Source: a virus (Duplodnaviria > Caudoviricetes). Taken from it: DNA of 64,000 bases. The notes beneath the pieces are model-generated. The model was not told the origin of the DNA. It ran no database searches and saw only the letters and a program-made list of their open reading frames with translations. The DNA lies in the IMG/VR virus record IMGVR_UViG_3300042294_003246. One strand, given 5' to 3'. Positions 9,453 through 19,308 of this stretch are shown in pieces (the first letter of the stretch is position 1; each line of letters starts with the position of its first letter). The position numbers and the translations under genes were made by a program.

Positions 9453-9776
9453 ATGACAGATCAAGAAATCATTAAATACGGAGAAATACAATACTTAAAG
9501 GGTAGGTTAGATGAACTATTCAAAGCTCTATCAACAATAACCAATATTGATAGAAAAAGAAGATTAGACCAACGAATTGAAAAATATTTCAACAAATTAA
9601 AAAAAGTTGATGAGGTTGCATTTCATTTATATCAAGTTGAGTTGGTAAACAGACAAAGGTCGAAAGAAAAGTCCAAGAACGAAATCAAAGACCTATTGGA
9701 ACAAATTCTAATTAATGAAAATATTACAAATGAAGATATTCTTGATAGAATTAAAAAACAAATAGATCTATACTGA
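9453..9776 (+). CDS. hypothetical helical protein
   Basis: Follows host-type promoter. Confidence 0.7.
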   Translation: MTDQEIIKYGEIQYLKGRLDELFKALSTITNIDRKRRLDQRIEKYFNKLKKVDEVAFHLYQVELVNRQRSKEKSKNEIKDLLEQILINENITNEDILDRIKKQIDLY

Positions 9777-10009
9777 TGAAAACCAAAATACATGTGAATC
9801 AACATCACATTAGGTCTAATAAAACAAAGAATACCGATTTACCTGTTATAACAATCAAACAAGGTAGAAGAAACACATATTGTAATGAGGTTGAAATTCT
9901 CGGACCTAGTAGGATTGTTTATTGTGGAAGTGGCGATGAAAAACCACTATTAAGTTGTGGGGCAAGAGTCGTAATAGAAACTGAGAGTGAAATTAAAATA
10001 ATAAGTTGA
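9776..10009 (+). CDS. phage hypothetical protein
   Basis: IHVNQH...PVITIK...KPLLSCGARVVIET; overlaps at both ends. Confidence 0.7.
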   Translation: MKTKIHVNQHHIRSNKTKNTDLPVITIKQGRRNTYCNEVEILGPSRIVYCGSGDEKPLLSCGARVVIETESEIKIIS

Positions 10010-10386
10010 TGAGCGATAAAAAACCTGATAATGTTTCTGATAACCCTGGTTTATTACCATATGGTAGTAATGTTGGTGCTCCGGCAATAAAGGTCACCAA
10101 TATGGAACATTGGAAGGAACCAAGAATTATAAATGTCAATCAACAATTTGAGGATAAATTTTTGGAACTCAAAGAGGAGTATGAAAAATTAATTGAAGAA
10201 TACAGATGGAATGAATTGGTTTACAAAGCAAATTTTAGTTTTGAACCGGTAATTGGTAAAGTTTATCACCTTTATTATTCCTCAGACGAAAAAATATTCT
10301 TATCTTTGATATCACCAAATGAATGGAATAAAAAATATATTGGGACTTTTAAATTTAATTATAATAATAAATGGACAAAACTATGA
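10006..10386 (+). CDS. DUF2452-like protein
   Basis: LLPYGSNVGAPAI; FSFEPVIGKVYHLY (recalled family pattern). Confidence 0.6.
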   Translation: MMSDKKPDNVSDNPGLLPYGSNVGAPAIKVTNMEHWKEPRIINVNQQFEDKFLELKEEYEKLIEEYRWNELVYKANFSFEPVIGKVYHLYYSSDEKIFLSLISPNEWNKKYIGTFKFNYNNKWTKL

Positions 10387-10577
10387 ATGCAAACAAAGAT
10401 TTTGAATTTGTGCTTAGAGTATTAAACTCAAGCGAAAACCGTGAACACATTAAAACTACAGATAAACTGTTTGAAAATTTCAAAAACAAGTGGAAACGAA
10501 ATATGGAATGTTATGAGCTTGTAGATTACATGTTCAAATATAAAGTAGAAAGAAAAAGAAATAAAAAAAATATATGA
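10371..10577 (+). CDS. hypothetical protein
   Basis: Operon packing; start may be 10383. Confidence 0.55.
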   Translation: MDKTMNANKDFEFVLRVLNSSENREHIKTTDKLFENFKNKWKRNMECYELVDYMFKYKVERKRNKKNI

Positions 10578-11266
10578 AACTTACAATAATTTCAGATACT
10601 CACAACAAACATAAACACGTTACCGGTGATTTACCGGGTGGTGACTTGTTAATTCATGCAGGAGACCTTAGTTCTATGGGTTATGAACACGAGATTCGTG
10701 AGTTCGCTAAGTGGTACAATGGGTTGGATAATTACACCAGTAAAGTTTTTATTGCTGGTAACCATGATTGGGGATTTCAAAACAATGTTGATAAAGTAAA
10801 AGAGATTGTTGGTTTCTATAATAATATAACTTATTTGGAAGATAGTTTTATGGGAATAATTGAAGGAGGGGAACCTGAAGTTAAAATTTGGGGTAGTCCT
10901 TGGCAACCTGTGTTTTATAATTGGGCATTTAATCTCCCACGAAATGGTGAGGAATTAAAGTCAAAATGGGATATGATACCTGAAGACATTGATATTCTAA
11001 TCACTCACGGTCCAGCTTGGGGGTTTTTGGATGATGTTGAAGGTCGTCGTGGACAACACTTGGGTTGTGAACTACTAACAGAACGAATTAAACAAATCAA
11101 ACCTAAAATTCATATCTGTGGACACATCCATAGTGGTTATGGACATTATTATGATGGACATACTCATTACTTCAACGCATCAGTATTGAATGAACGATAT
11201 CTTTATTCTCATTTACCTTGGAATATAGATTGGGATCCAATTACAAATGAGGTTAAGTTTTTATAA
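10574..11266 (+). CDS. calcineurin-like metallophosphoesterase
   Basis: SDTH, HAGD, AGNHD, ITHGP, GHIH motifs. Confidence 0.92.
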   Translation: MKLTIISDTHNKHKHVTGDLPGGDLLIHAGDLSSMGYEHEIREFAKWYNGLDNYTSKVFIAGNHDWGFQNNVDKVKEIVGFYNNITYLEDSFMGIIEGGEPEVKIWGSPWQPVFYNWAFNLPRNGEELKSKWDMIPEDIDILITHGPAWGFLDDVEGRRGQHLGCELLTERIKQIKPKIHICGHIHSGYGHYYDGHTHYFNASVLNERYLYSHLPWNIDWDPITNEVKFL

Positions 11267-11306
11267 CTTAATCTCATTTTGATATATTTATAATAAAATA
11301 TATATT

Positions 11307-11819
11307 ATGAATAAGTTTGATTTAACCGAAAAATTGAAAGAAGAATTAAAAAAAAGAAATCTTTGGGAACAAGAAGATGATGAAGATAATGATGATAATG
11401 AGTCTGATGATAATCAAGATGACGAAGATTCAGACGAAGATTCAGAAAATCATAACGAAGATTTCTGTGAAATGGTTTGTCAGTTATTACACTCACAAAC
11501 ACAAATTCATATTTTCCATTTAGGGACCAAATCATATGCCGAACATAAAGCATTACAGGGTTATTACGAAGGTATTGATGCTTTAACTGATGGTCTAATT
11601 GAATCTTATCAGGGTAAATATGGTCTTTTAACAAATTACAAATCATATAAGAATCAATCATACAAAAACAAAAACCAAGTATTAAAATATTTTACAAGTT
11701 TATTAAATATGATTGAAGAAAAAAGAGAATCGGTTGAGGACTCTTACATCCAAAACCAAATTGATACGGTTCAAGAATTGATTTATTCAACAATGTATAA
11801 GTTGAAATTTCTTAACTAA
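11307..11819 (+). CDS. ferritin/Dps-like protein with acidic N-terminal extension
   Basis: QIHIFHLGTKSYAEHKALQGYYEGIDALTDGLIESYQGKYG...YKLKFL; TATTTATA at 11285-92. Confidence 0.7.
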   Translation: MNKFDLTEKLKEELKKRNLWEQEDDEDNDDNESDDNQDDEDSDEDSENHNEDFCEMVCQLLHSQTQIHIFHLGTKSYAEHKALQGYYEGIDALTDGLIESYQGKYGLLTNYKSYKNQSYKNKNQVLKYFTSLLNMIEEKRESVEDSYIQNQIDTVQELIYSTMYKLKFLN

Positions 11820-12634
11820 TCTATTTCGTAAATATTATTTATTACATTCAGAGGATCTCCTTCACAATCACCTTCATAATTTCGGCATAGTTGGTCGACT
11901 TCAATCTTGTCGTCAACCTCACTGATATCAAGTAATATTGGTTCTGAATGATATATCATATTAACTTGATCATCGTTCAAGAATGTATCTACAGGTAATG
12001 ATTTAAGTTCAGGGTTCAAACCAAAAAAATCAATTTCATCTTCTGTATAGTATTCATCACTTGATTCATAGTCACCATTTCCATCACAATAATCACAATC
12101 AACTTGTCCATAACCATCACATCTATCACAGCCAAATTCACCTTTACCATCACACCAAGAACATTCAATTTCACCATTTCCTTGACAATCTGAACATGGT
12201 TCACCATCTACTTCACCAGATCCATCACAGTTTCTACATTCTTCAGTTCCATTTCCTGAACATCTATCACAATCTACATCACCACTACCATCACATGTGC
12301 TACAATATTCAGTTCCTGATCCATCACATTCATGACAAGTTATATCACGATAACCCAAATCTCTATAATGATACATTCCGATGTTTATAAGATTACCACG
12401 AACTTTAGAAAAAGAAGATTCAATATCTTTAGTTCGTGAAAAGAAGTAAACCATAAACGCGATCTCTACTTTTTCTATTCTTTTAACATTCTTCAAAAGA
12501 AGTTTCAATAGTTCATCACTATTGATATGACTCATAATTTGTTGAACATTCATATCATTATCACCATGTTCATCAACTAAATGATTATAAACTTGTTTTG
12601 TGAATACTTTATATTTTGAAGGTTGTAAGGACAT
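11816..12634 (-). CDS. protein with eight DnaJ-type CxxCxGxG zinc-finger repeats
   Basis: CHECDGSG, CSTCDGSG, CDRCSGNG, CRNCDGSG, CSDCQGNG, CSWCDGKG, CDRCDGYG, CDYCDGNG; no J domain. Confidence 0.8.
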   Translation of the reverse strand: MSLQPSKYKVFTKQVYNHLVDEHGDNDMNVQQIMSHINSDELLKLLLKNVKRIEKVEIAFMVYFFSRTKDIESSFSKVRGNLINIGMYHYRDLGYRDITCHECDGSGTEYCSTCDGSGDVDCDRCSGNGTEECRNCDGSGEVDGEPCSDCQGNGEIECSWCDGKGEFGCDRCDGYGQVDCDYCDGNGDYESSDEYYTEDEIDFFGLNPELKSLPVDTFLNDDQVNMIYHSEPILLDISEVDDKIEVDQLCRNYEGDCEGDPLNVINNIYEID

Positions 12635-12656
12635 TATTTAGTTTTATAAATAAATA

Positions 12657-12956
12657 TTGTATTTTTTAGTTATGAACGAATATCCATCAATTAATAAAGA
12701 TTTATTTTTCTATTTGGTTAGACACAATAAAGTGTTTTTTCCTCCTAATTCTTTATTTAATTCTAATAAACCCCATGTTGTAGTAGAGGATAGGTTCTTT
12801 CAAATTGAGAATAATAAAAAGTATTTGAAAAGAAAGATCTATAATCTAATAGAACAAGAAAAACCAGAGTTAGTAGAGGGAAAAGAAAATATTTCAAAAA
12901 CTAATAAAACAATTAAGTATTTTTTACAAGAATCAAATAAAATTAAAAAACTATAA
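12657..12956 (+). CDS. hypothetical protein
   Basis: Start may be 12672. Confidence 0.55.
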   Translation: MYFLVMNEYPSINKDLFFYLVRHNKVFFPPNSLFNSNKPHVVVEDRFFQIENNKKYLKRKIYNLIEQEKPELVEGKENISKTNKTIKYFLQESNKIKKL

Positions 12957-12960
12957 AATT

Positions 12961-13314
12961 ATGGCTCACCCGGTGCTTCACGCAAAATCAAATCAAAAAA
13001 AATTCGGAGGAAAATGGGAAGATTATATACATCTTCACGAATGGATGGATTCCACTAAATCGTGGTATGGACATTCATTACATAGAATGTGGAGACACCA
13101 CAGTGAAGGTATATTTGAGGCGGAATCAAAATTTGGGGTTTATTTTACAAATTCTGACGGGAAAGTGGTTTATACAAGATACTGTTTGGAAAGTCATGTC
13201 AAAGAAGATTGTGATGGAATTATACCATCGGCATCAGATTGGATGAGAATTCTAATATCAGGTGAAAGACCAACTTGGGCGACAAGATCAAAAAAGTTAG
13301 AGTTTGAAGATTAA
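12961..13314 (+). CDS. DUF6915-like protein
   Basis: MAHPVLHAKS...KFGG...HEWMDSTK...HRMWRHHSEGIFEAE..FG (recalled pattern). Confidence 0.65.
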   Translation: MAHPVLHAKSNQKKFGGKWEDYIHLHEWMDSTKSWYGHSLHRMWRHHSEGIFEAESKFGVYFTNSDGKVVYTRYCLESHVKEDCDGIIPSASDWMRILISGERPTWATRSKKLEFED

Positions 13315-13337
13315 AAGTATTTATAATAAAAGTTTAG

Positions 13338-14075
13338 ATGGAACTAACAGACAAACAAAAACATGATTTAAGAAGATTTTCTTTGATACTAAATTCCTTG
13401 AACATGGAAGATGGTGTAGAATGGGTATATAGACATTATGATGACTGGGAAAGTGATTATCCTGACGGACCTTATTATAGAAATAAAAATGTAAAAGGTG
13501 AATTAGATTTTTTACCAGGATCAATAGGACCTTTGTTTGATGAAATAAAAGAAAATTTTGATACTGATCTTTTTTATAATGATTACTACGACAATTACAC
13601 AGGAGGTCTTCAGATATTTGTAAACGCCGAAAAGAAAATGTTAATTGTGAAATATTATTATTACACAATGATCACAGAGGATAGCAGAATAGAAAGATCA
13701 TTCAAAGAATTATCTGAAACGACTAATCCATGGAGAAGGGGTGAAAGAGAATTAACCAAACTTACAAATGAAGACTTTTTAAACAGAATGAAAGAAGAAT
13801 ACGGTTCTTATGTTGAATTGAAATATGATGGTAGTGGTGATAGTGGGTGGATTGATGATAATGTAGATAGTGATAAAGGAAGTAAAGTTTCAACTAATCA
13901 ACTTGAAGATATTGCGTATGAGGCTTTAGAATTGTTTCATGCGGGATGGGAAATCAATGAAGGATCAAGCGGGACAATGACATTTAATTTTGAAAATCAA
14001 ACTTTTACTGTTGAACACTATCAAAATATTGAAGATGAAGCTGAAGACTTCTATAAATCTTTTTCCTTTGCTTAA
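13338..14075 (+). CDS. protein with C-terminal DUF6878-like domain
   Basis: YDGSGDSG...AYEAL...GWEINEGSSGT; TATTTATA at 13318-25. Confidence 0.6.
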   Translation: MELTDKQKHDLRRFSLILNSLNMEDGVEWVYRHYDDWESDYPDGPYYRNKNVKGELDFLPGSIGPLFDEIKENFDTDLFYNDYYDNYTGGLQIFVNAEKKMLIVKYYYYTMITEDSRIERSFKELSETTNPWRRGERELTKLTNEDFLNRMKEEYGSYVELKYDGSGDSGWIDDNVDSDKGSKVSTNQLEDIAYEALELFHAGWEINEGSSGTMTFNFENQTFTVEHYQNIEDEAEDFYKSFSFA

Positions 14076-14939
14076 ATGAACAAGTTAATTAAAGAAGAAA
14101 TACTAAGAATAAATGAGTTAATGAATACAAAAATTCTTAACGAATCGGAATATAAAGAATGCTCAAGATTTTCAGATTCTCCACAGAAATTACTTGTTTG
14201 TAGAAAAATCGCATCACTTAAAAGTTGGTTACACAAAGACGATGGATTTGGAATGAAAAATGTTATAAATAATAAAATTGAAGATTTAAAAACCGACATT
14301 CCTCAAAACTTAAAACAACAATTTATTCAAGGGGCAAACTTATTGTATTCACTAAATAAAATAAATGAAAGACAAAGGGATTACTTTATAGATAATAAAG
14401 TTAATTCAGCTAAATTGGTATACATAAACGGTGATTGGCAATTAATTAATAAGTTAAACACAAACTATTCTGATTTGGCAGAAATGTTAACAGATATGAT
14501 TTATAAAGGTGGAGATAGGGCTAGACCAATAATTCAAAATATTATTAGAGATCCTAAAGCTGCTTTGTCATCAATACAACCCAAAATAATAGAATTAGTT
14601 GATAAGTATTTTGAGGATCCTAATGTGTTAATTGACTATACAAAAAATATAGAAAGATCAACATCTATAGGTGAAATTGCTGAAAAACAAGTTGAAGATA
14701 AGTTAATCACAAAAGGTTTTACAACCGATTACGCTGGAGGTAATGGCGATCTAATCGATATGTCTTTTGGGACAGATTTAATCATGACATCACCGGAATA
14801 CGGGACAAAAACAATCCAAGTAAAAAATTCTGAAAAGGCTTGGAATAAGTCTGATGAATATCCTTACGTTGATTGGGTTATAATTTCAAACCCTTTTACC
14901 ATTTATGATAATAAAACAAAGGAAGTTGTTGAATTATGA
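14076..14939 (+). CDS. leader-bearing protein with putative PD-(D/E)xK nuclease C-terminus
   Basis: MNKLIKEEILRINELM leader; GEIAE...D..FGTD...TIQVK. Confidence 0.55.
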   Translation: MNKLIKEEILRINELMNTKILNESEYKECSRFSDSPQKLLVCRKIASLKSWLHKDDGFGMKNVINNKIEDLKTDIPQNLKQQFIQGANLLYSLNKINERQRDYFIDNKVNSAKLVYINGDWQLINKLNTNYSDLAEMLTDMIYKGGDRARPIIQNIIRDPKAALSSIQPKIIELVDKYFEDPNVLIDYTKNIERSTSIGEIAEKQVEDKLITKGFTTDYAGGNGDLIDMSFGTDLIMTSPEYGTKTIQVKNSEKAWNKSDEYPYVDWVIISNPFTIYDNKTKEVVEL

Positions 14940-15496
14940 AAATAATAATATCAGAACACCAATTTAATTTTCTTAACGAAAGTGATGTTAATAGAAATAT
15001 TGATGCTATCAAAAAGTATTGGAAAAGTGAATTGAAAAAAGGAAATCAAATTAGATTTAATAAAGACGAACTTGAATATTGGGGTATTATTAAAACTTCA
15101 GATGAAATACATGCTCAATTAGCATTTCAGATATTAGTTGGAGATGAGGAGTTCGCTAAAAAATTCATAAACAAATTATTAAATAAAACATTTTCAACAA
15201 AAGACTTTAGTGATAGAATTGTAGGTGGTTATGATTTTGAATGGATTATTACTCAAATGAATTATCAAGATTTTGATTTCTTTTTGTATGGTCAAACACT
15301 ACCAGGTGGAACTGTTAGTCTAATTATGATGGATGGTAGAAATCTGACTTTACAGGAAGCTTTAGAAGACGAAGATATTGGTTGGGAAATTCAAGAGGAA
15401 GTTAACAACGTTGTTCAGGACTGTATGAACGAAATAATTTTACCGGCCACAGGTTATGATGTAGAAGTTCCGGTTATTTATATTGCAGAAGAATGA
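14936..15496 (+). CDS. MKIIISE-leader family protein
   Basis: MKIIISEHQFNFLNES. Confidence 0.75.
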   Translation: MKIIISEHQFNFLNESDVNRNIDAIKKYWKSELKKGNQIRFNKDELEYWGIIKTSDEIHAQLAFQILVGDEEFAKKFINKLLNKTFSTKDFSDRIVGGYDFEWIITQMNYQDFDFFLYGQTLPGGTVSLIMMDGRNLTLQEALEDEDIGWEIQEEVNNVVQDCMNEIILPATGYDVEVPVIYIAEE

Positions 15497-15879
15497 AAAT
15501 AATAATTTCAGAACGACAACAAAAGTTATTAACCGAGTCAAAAAAACTTGAGTCGGCACAAAATCTTATTGATCAGGCATTTGAGGAATTAAGAGAAAAC
15601 TGTGAAAAAAATTGGGTTGAACAATATGCTTGTGATCAAATGGAAACCGTTGAAGAGATTAAAGTTGTTGCATCTGAAAAAGGATCAGCGACCACAAGAG
15701 GTCAAAAAACTAATTTTTGGTTGATTGAAGTTGACATATATTATTCATCATTAGGATATACACCTTTTGAAGATTTTATTTATCAAATCCAATGGGAAGT
15801 TAGAGAAATTGTCGGATCAAGAAATATTATTATAACCATCCGAGGTACTATAAACTCAAACAAAGACCTAAACTGGTAA
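15493..15879 (+). CDS. MKIIISE-leader family protein
   Basis: MKIIISERQQKLLTES. Confidence 0.75.
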   Translation: MKIIISERQQKLLTESKKLESAQNLIDQAFEELRENCEKNWVEQYACDQMETVEEIKVVASEKGSATTRGQKTNFWLIEVDIYYSSLGYTPFEDFIYQIQWEVREIVGSRNIIITIRGTINSNKDLNW

Positions 15880-16322
15880 TGAAAATAATAATATCAGAAT
15901 CACAATATAATTTACTTTTAGAATCAAAGTTGAAACAAAATCTTAAACAGGAAATTAAAGATTTTGGAGTAAAAGATACTGCTGAACTTGTTAATGGTTT
16001 CGATAATTTAATGGAAATTTTAAACATAAATTCTCCGATGGATTTTTTACATTTGTTTGATGACTTGGATGTTGTTCAAAGTGAAATGGACCCTGATTGG
16101 ACTTTATTTCGATATAAACCAAAACATAATTTGATGGTTCACAATAGAAAAAATAGAACTGTTTTCATTAATTACGAAGAAATTTGGAAACCTTTATTTG
16201 ATACTGGTCTTTTCGATCCTGACATAAAGGAACTTACAAAAGAGTGGTTGTCTAGTGTCTACAACTTAAGGGGAGTCACAACCGAAAGGTTTTATCAAGC
16301 TTCTCCATGGTTAGTTGTCTAG
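15879..16322 (+). CDS. MKIIISE-leader family protein
   Basis: MKIIISESQYNLLLES. Confidence 0.75.
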   Translation: MKIIISESQYNLLLESKLKQNLKQEIKDFGVKDTAELVNGFDNLMEILNINSPMDFLHLFDDLDVVQSEMDPDWTLFRYKPKHNLMVHNRKNRTVFINYEEIWKPLFDTGLFDPDIKELTKEWLSSVYNLRGVTTERFYQASPWLVV

Positions 16323-16336
16323 TGTCTACAATTTAA
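16247..16336 (+). repeat. 23-bp direct repeat pair, one mismatch
   Basis: GTTGTCTAGTGTCTACAA(C/T)TTAA at 16247 and 16314. Confidence 0.85.
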
Positions 16337-16347
16337 AAAAATAGAAT

Positions 16348-16749
16348 ATGAAAATAATAATTACAGAATCACAAGTTAGTCTTCTCAAAGAAAATTCCAT
16401 TGTGGATATGGATCTTCAACAACTATATGACAGGGCCATAAAATTAAAAAAAGTGGTTTCTAAAAATGTCCAAAGAGAGTTGGAAGATTATTCTTGGTTT
16501 GATGGATTACAGGTAAGTATTGATAGAGATTGGGGAGGACTACCTTATTATTTTTTTAACATAAAAACAAATTTGTCCCTAACAGAGGATGAATTTTATA
16601 GTCAAGAATTAGGTGATGAAATTTATGATAAAATTGGTGATGTTTTTGGTCACTTTTTTCCAGAGGTTAATAAAAATACACAATATAACTTAACTGGTGT
16701 TTGGGATGCTTCTATAACAGACAGACATGGTTATGTAACTCACATTTAG
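16348..16749 (+). CDS. MKIIITE-leader family protein
   Basis: MKIIITESQVSLLKEN. Confidence 0.75.
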   Translation: MKIIITESQVSLLKENSIVDMDLQQLYDRAIKLKKVVSKNVQRELEDYSWFDGLQVSIDRDWGGLPYYFFNIKTNLSLTEDEFYSQELGDEIYDKIGDVFGHFFPEVNKNTQYNLTGVWDASITDRHGYVTHI

Positions 16750-16764
16750 AACTATTTATTTAAT

Positions 16765-17454
16765 ATGAAAATCATCATTTCAGAAGATCAACAAAAAGTA
16801 TTACTTGAATCAAAACAAATTGATTCAGTTCAAAATCTTGTTGATATGGCGGTTGAAGATTATGTTGAAGGTTGTTCTAGAAGACATGCATTTAGAAATC
16901 TTGAACTTGCACTTTGTAAAGGGTTCAAGAACGGAACAACAAAACTTAAAGTTTTAGAAGTAAAAAAAATACACGACCATTATGATGTAAAACTTTCTAT
17001 ACACACAGATCAAGAATGGTTTCAAAGAGCGGACTTTCAAGATTTTGAAATCACATTAATACTTAAAGTTGCAAATATAATAGGAACACACAAATATGGG
17101 TTTGATATTAAGGACATGGAATTAAATGATCGTGATGAAGAAGTGATTTCTGAAAGTCGTGAAATGAGTACTAAACTAAGACGAAGATTTAGTGAACTTG
17201 AAAAAATTGGAGAGTCAATAGAGTATCAAACTGAAATACAAGATCCATGTGATTTTGAGGATGAGAATGACTATGCTGACTATTGTATTGGACAAGGACT
17301 TTATTTTTATTACAACGATGATGAAGATGAAGACTATGAATATCCACCAGACGAAATGGTTGAGGTTAGAGATGAGGTAGAAGAATATTTAGAAGAAAAA
17401 TACCACAATTATTTAGTAGATATTTATAATGACTTAGTAGAAAACTGTAACTAA
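16765..17454 (+). CDS. MKIIISE-leader family protein, two modules
   Basis: MKIIISEDQQKVLLES; internal VISES; TATTTATT at 16753-60. Confidence 0.75.
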   Translation: MKIIISEDQQKVLLESKQIDSVQNLVDMAVEDYVEGCSRRHAFRNLELALCKGFKNGTTKLKVLEVKKIHDHYDVKLSIHTDQEWFQRADFQDFEITLILKVANIIGTHKYGFDIKDMELNDRDEEVISESREMSTKLRRRFSELEKIGESIEYQTEIQDPCDFEDENDYADYCIGQGLYFYYNDDEDEDYEYPPDEMVEVRDEVEEYLEEKYHNYLVDIYNDLVENCN

Positions 17455-17759
17455 TGAAAATACTATTAACAGAAAAACAGGCCGATAGAATATTCAACGA
17501 AAAGATTGAATGCGAAAAGTGCGAACACTCTTGGAAAAAAGAAAATGATGACAAACATCCATTTCTTTGTCATGATTGTGGGTGGGACCAAAAAAAAGGT
17601 CTTTACGATAAAGAAAACTTATTTAAGTTTTGGAAAGGAAAATTATCTAAAGAACCAATTGAAGAAAAGTGGTCTGAAAAATATAAAAGATCAATCAACT
17701 GTAATAACCCAAAAGGTTTTAGTCAAAAGGCTCATTGTCAAGGGAGAAAGAAAAAATAA
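17454..17759 (+). CDS. leader family protein with Zn-finger and basic Cys module
   Basis: MKILLTEKQADRIFNE; CEKC...CHDC; EEKWSEKYKRSINCNNPKGFSQKAHC. Confidence 0.7.
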   Translation: MKILLTEKQADRIFNEKIECEKCEHSWKKENDDKHPFLCHDCGWDQKKGLYDKENLFKFWKGKLSKEPIEEKWSEKYKRSINCNNPKGFSQKAHCQGRKKK

Positions 17760-17760
17760 A

Positions 17761-18546
17761 ATGGAGTTTAAACAAGTTAAAATTTCTTCTAATTTATCAG
17801 AATTTTTTTCTGATAATTTCAAAAAAAAATGGAATTTAGTTGATTATTACGATACTAATAAACCGGCAATTTTTTTTGGTTTATACACAAATACAGATAG
17901 ATTGTTTTTGCAAAATCATAAAGGAAAAAGTTTGGTAATTTGGGGAGGTTCTGACTTAGATAGACCAAAATCTTTAAGTTTAGTTAAAAACTTAGTAGAT
18001 ATTGGTTCATGCTATACTTGGGTTTATCCAGGTTTTTTTTCGGAAGTATTAAGTAAATACAAAATAAAACATAAAAAAATTTTTGTTCCTATAAAAAACT
18101 ATGACGAGTTCCAACCAATTGAATGTGGGGATAAAATTTACGTTTATAAAGGAATTTTAGGCAACAGAAAAGATTATTTTAAATGGGACGAGGTAATCCA
18201 ACCAATAATAAACCATTTTGGTAAAGATAATATTTTGTATACTCAAAACGAAACAATTGAAACTTTAAAAAATAAATTTTATAAAAATTCTTTTGTGTAT
18301 ATTAAACCAAATGAAAAAGGTGGTTGTACTACCATGTTCGAAATGGCTTATATGGGAAGAAAAACAATAGGTTTAGGGTTTGAAAACTGTGAATTTTTTT
18401 CTACCTATAAAAACACTAACAACCTAATCCAACAAATCGAAGATGAATCAAAAAAAATTGGTAAAATAAATTATAAAACTTCAGAGTCTATAAAAAATAC
18501 CTTTATTTCGGATAATTCTTGGTTATACTCTAACTATTATGAATAA
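17761..18546 (+). CDS. glycosyltransferase-like protein
   Basis: True start likely ATG 17761; LVIWGGSD, GGCTTMFEMAYMG; heads the glycosylation cluster. Confidence 0.55.
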   Translation: MEFKQVKISSNLSEFFSDNFKKKWNLVDYYDTNKPAIFFGLYTNTDRLFLQNHKGKSLVIWGGSDLDRPKSLSLVKNLVDIGSCYTWVYPGFFSEVLSKYKIKHKKIFVPIKNYDEFQPIECGDKIYVYKGILGNRKDYFKWDEVIQPIINHFGKDNILYTQNETIETLKNKFYKNSFVYIKPNEKGGCTTMFEMAYMGRKTIGLGFENCEFFSTYKNTNNLIQQIEDESKKIGKINYKTSESIKNTFISDNSWLYSNYYE

Positions 18547-19303
18547 TGTTTTTTGTGAGGATTTCCGAGTAGGTAAAAATACTTTTATTTCACCTAAGGC
18601 AACTATAAAAGGAATAAATGGTAATGCAAAAAAAATAACAATAGGTGATAATACTTATATCGGCGACAATGTTCAAATAATAATTGATGAATTAGAAATT
18701 GGTGATTATTGTAAAATACACCATCACACAAATATTCATGGTTATTTACCTATGAAAATAGGACATAACGCATGGATTGGACAAGGTTGTATAATTGATT
18801 CTATAGGTGGAGTTACTATTGGAAACAATTGTGGTATTGGTGCCTATTCTCAATTGTGGAGTCATATTAAGTATGGGGATCCTTTAATTGGTTGTAACTA
18901 CAACGATAATAAACCTTTGACAATTGGGAATGATGTTTGGTTTGTTGGTCATTGTATTGTTTCACCAATACACGCAAAAGATAGATCAATGGCCTTGGTT
19001 GGTAGTGTAATAACAAAAGATATGGAAACAGATCAAGTTTACGCCGGAAGTCCTGCAAAAAATATAACTTCTAAAGTTAAACCACAATTTACCGACATAA
19101 CTTTACAGGAGAAATGGGATTTAATAAAAAAAATACCTAAAACTGATGATATTGAAATTGTTGAGTCAAATAGTGAAATTATTTGTAACAAAAAAAGTTA
19201 TTTTAATATAAATGAAAGAACCTACACAAAAAAAAATACAGATACTGAAATTGCCTTTATGAAAAAGTTACAATCTCAATTAATAAAATTTGTACCAAAA
19301 TAA
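18539..19303 (+). CDS. hexapeptide-repeat acyltransferase
   Basis: IGDNTYIGDNV, IGHNAWIG, IGNDVWF, VYAGSPAK. Confidence 0.88.
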   Translation: MNNVFCEDFRVGKNTFISPKATIKGINGNAKKITIGDNTYIGDNVQIIIDELEIGDYCKIHHHTNIHGYLPMKIGHNAWIGQGCIIDSIGGVTIGNNCGIGAYSQLWSHIKYGDPLIGCNYNDNKPLTIGNDVWFVGHCIVSPIHAKDRSMALVGSVITKDMETDQVYAGSPAKNITSKVKPQFTDITLQEKWDLIKKIPKTDDIEIVESNSEIICNKKSYFNINERTYTKKNTDTEIAFMKKLQSQLIKFVPK

Positions 19304-19308
19304 AAAAT

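Noticed and set aside
16247-16336. CRISPR mini-array
   Set aside because: Only two 23-bp units, inside a coding end, with no cas gene or leader.
17506-17760. 85-aa N-terminal extension of the 17506 ORF
   Set aside because: Overlaps gene 17454-17759; ATG 17761 directly follows its stop.
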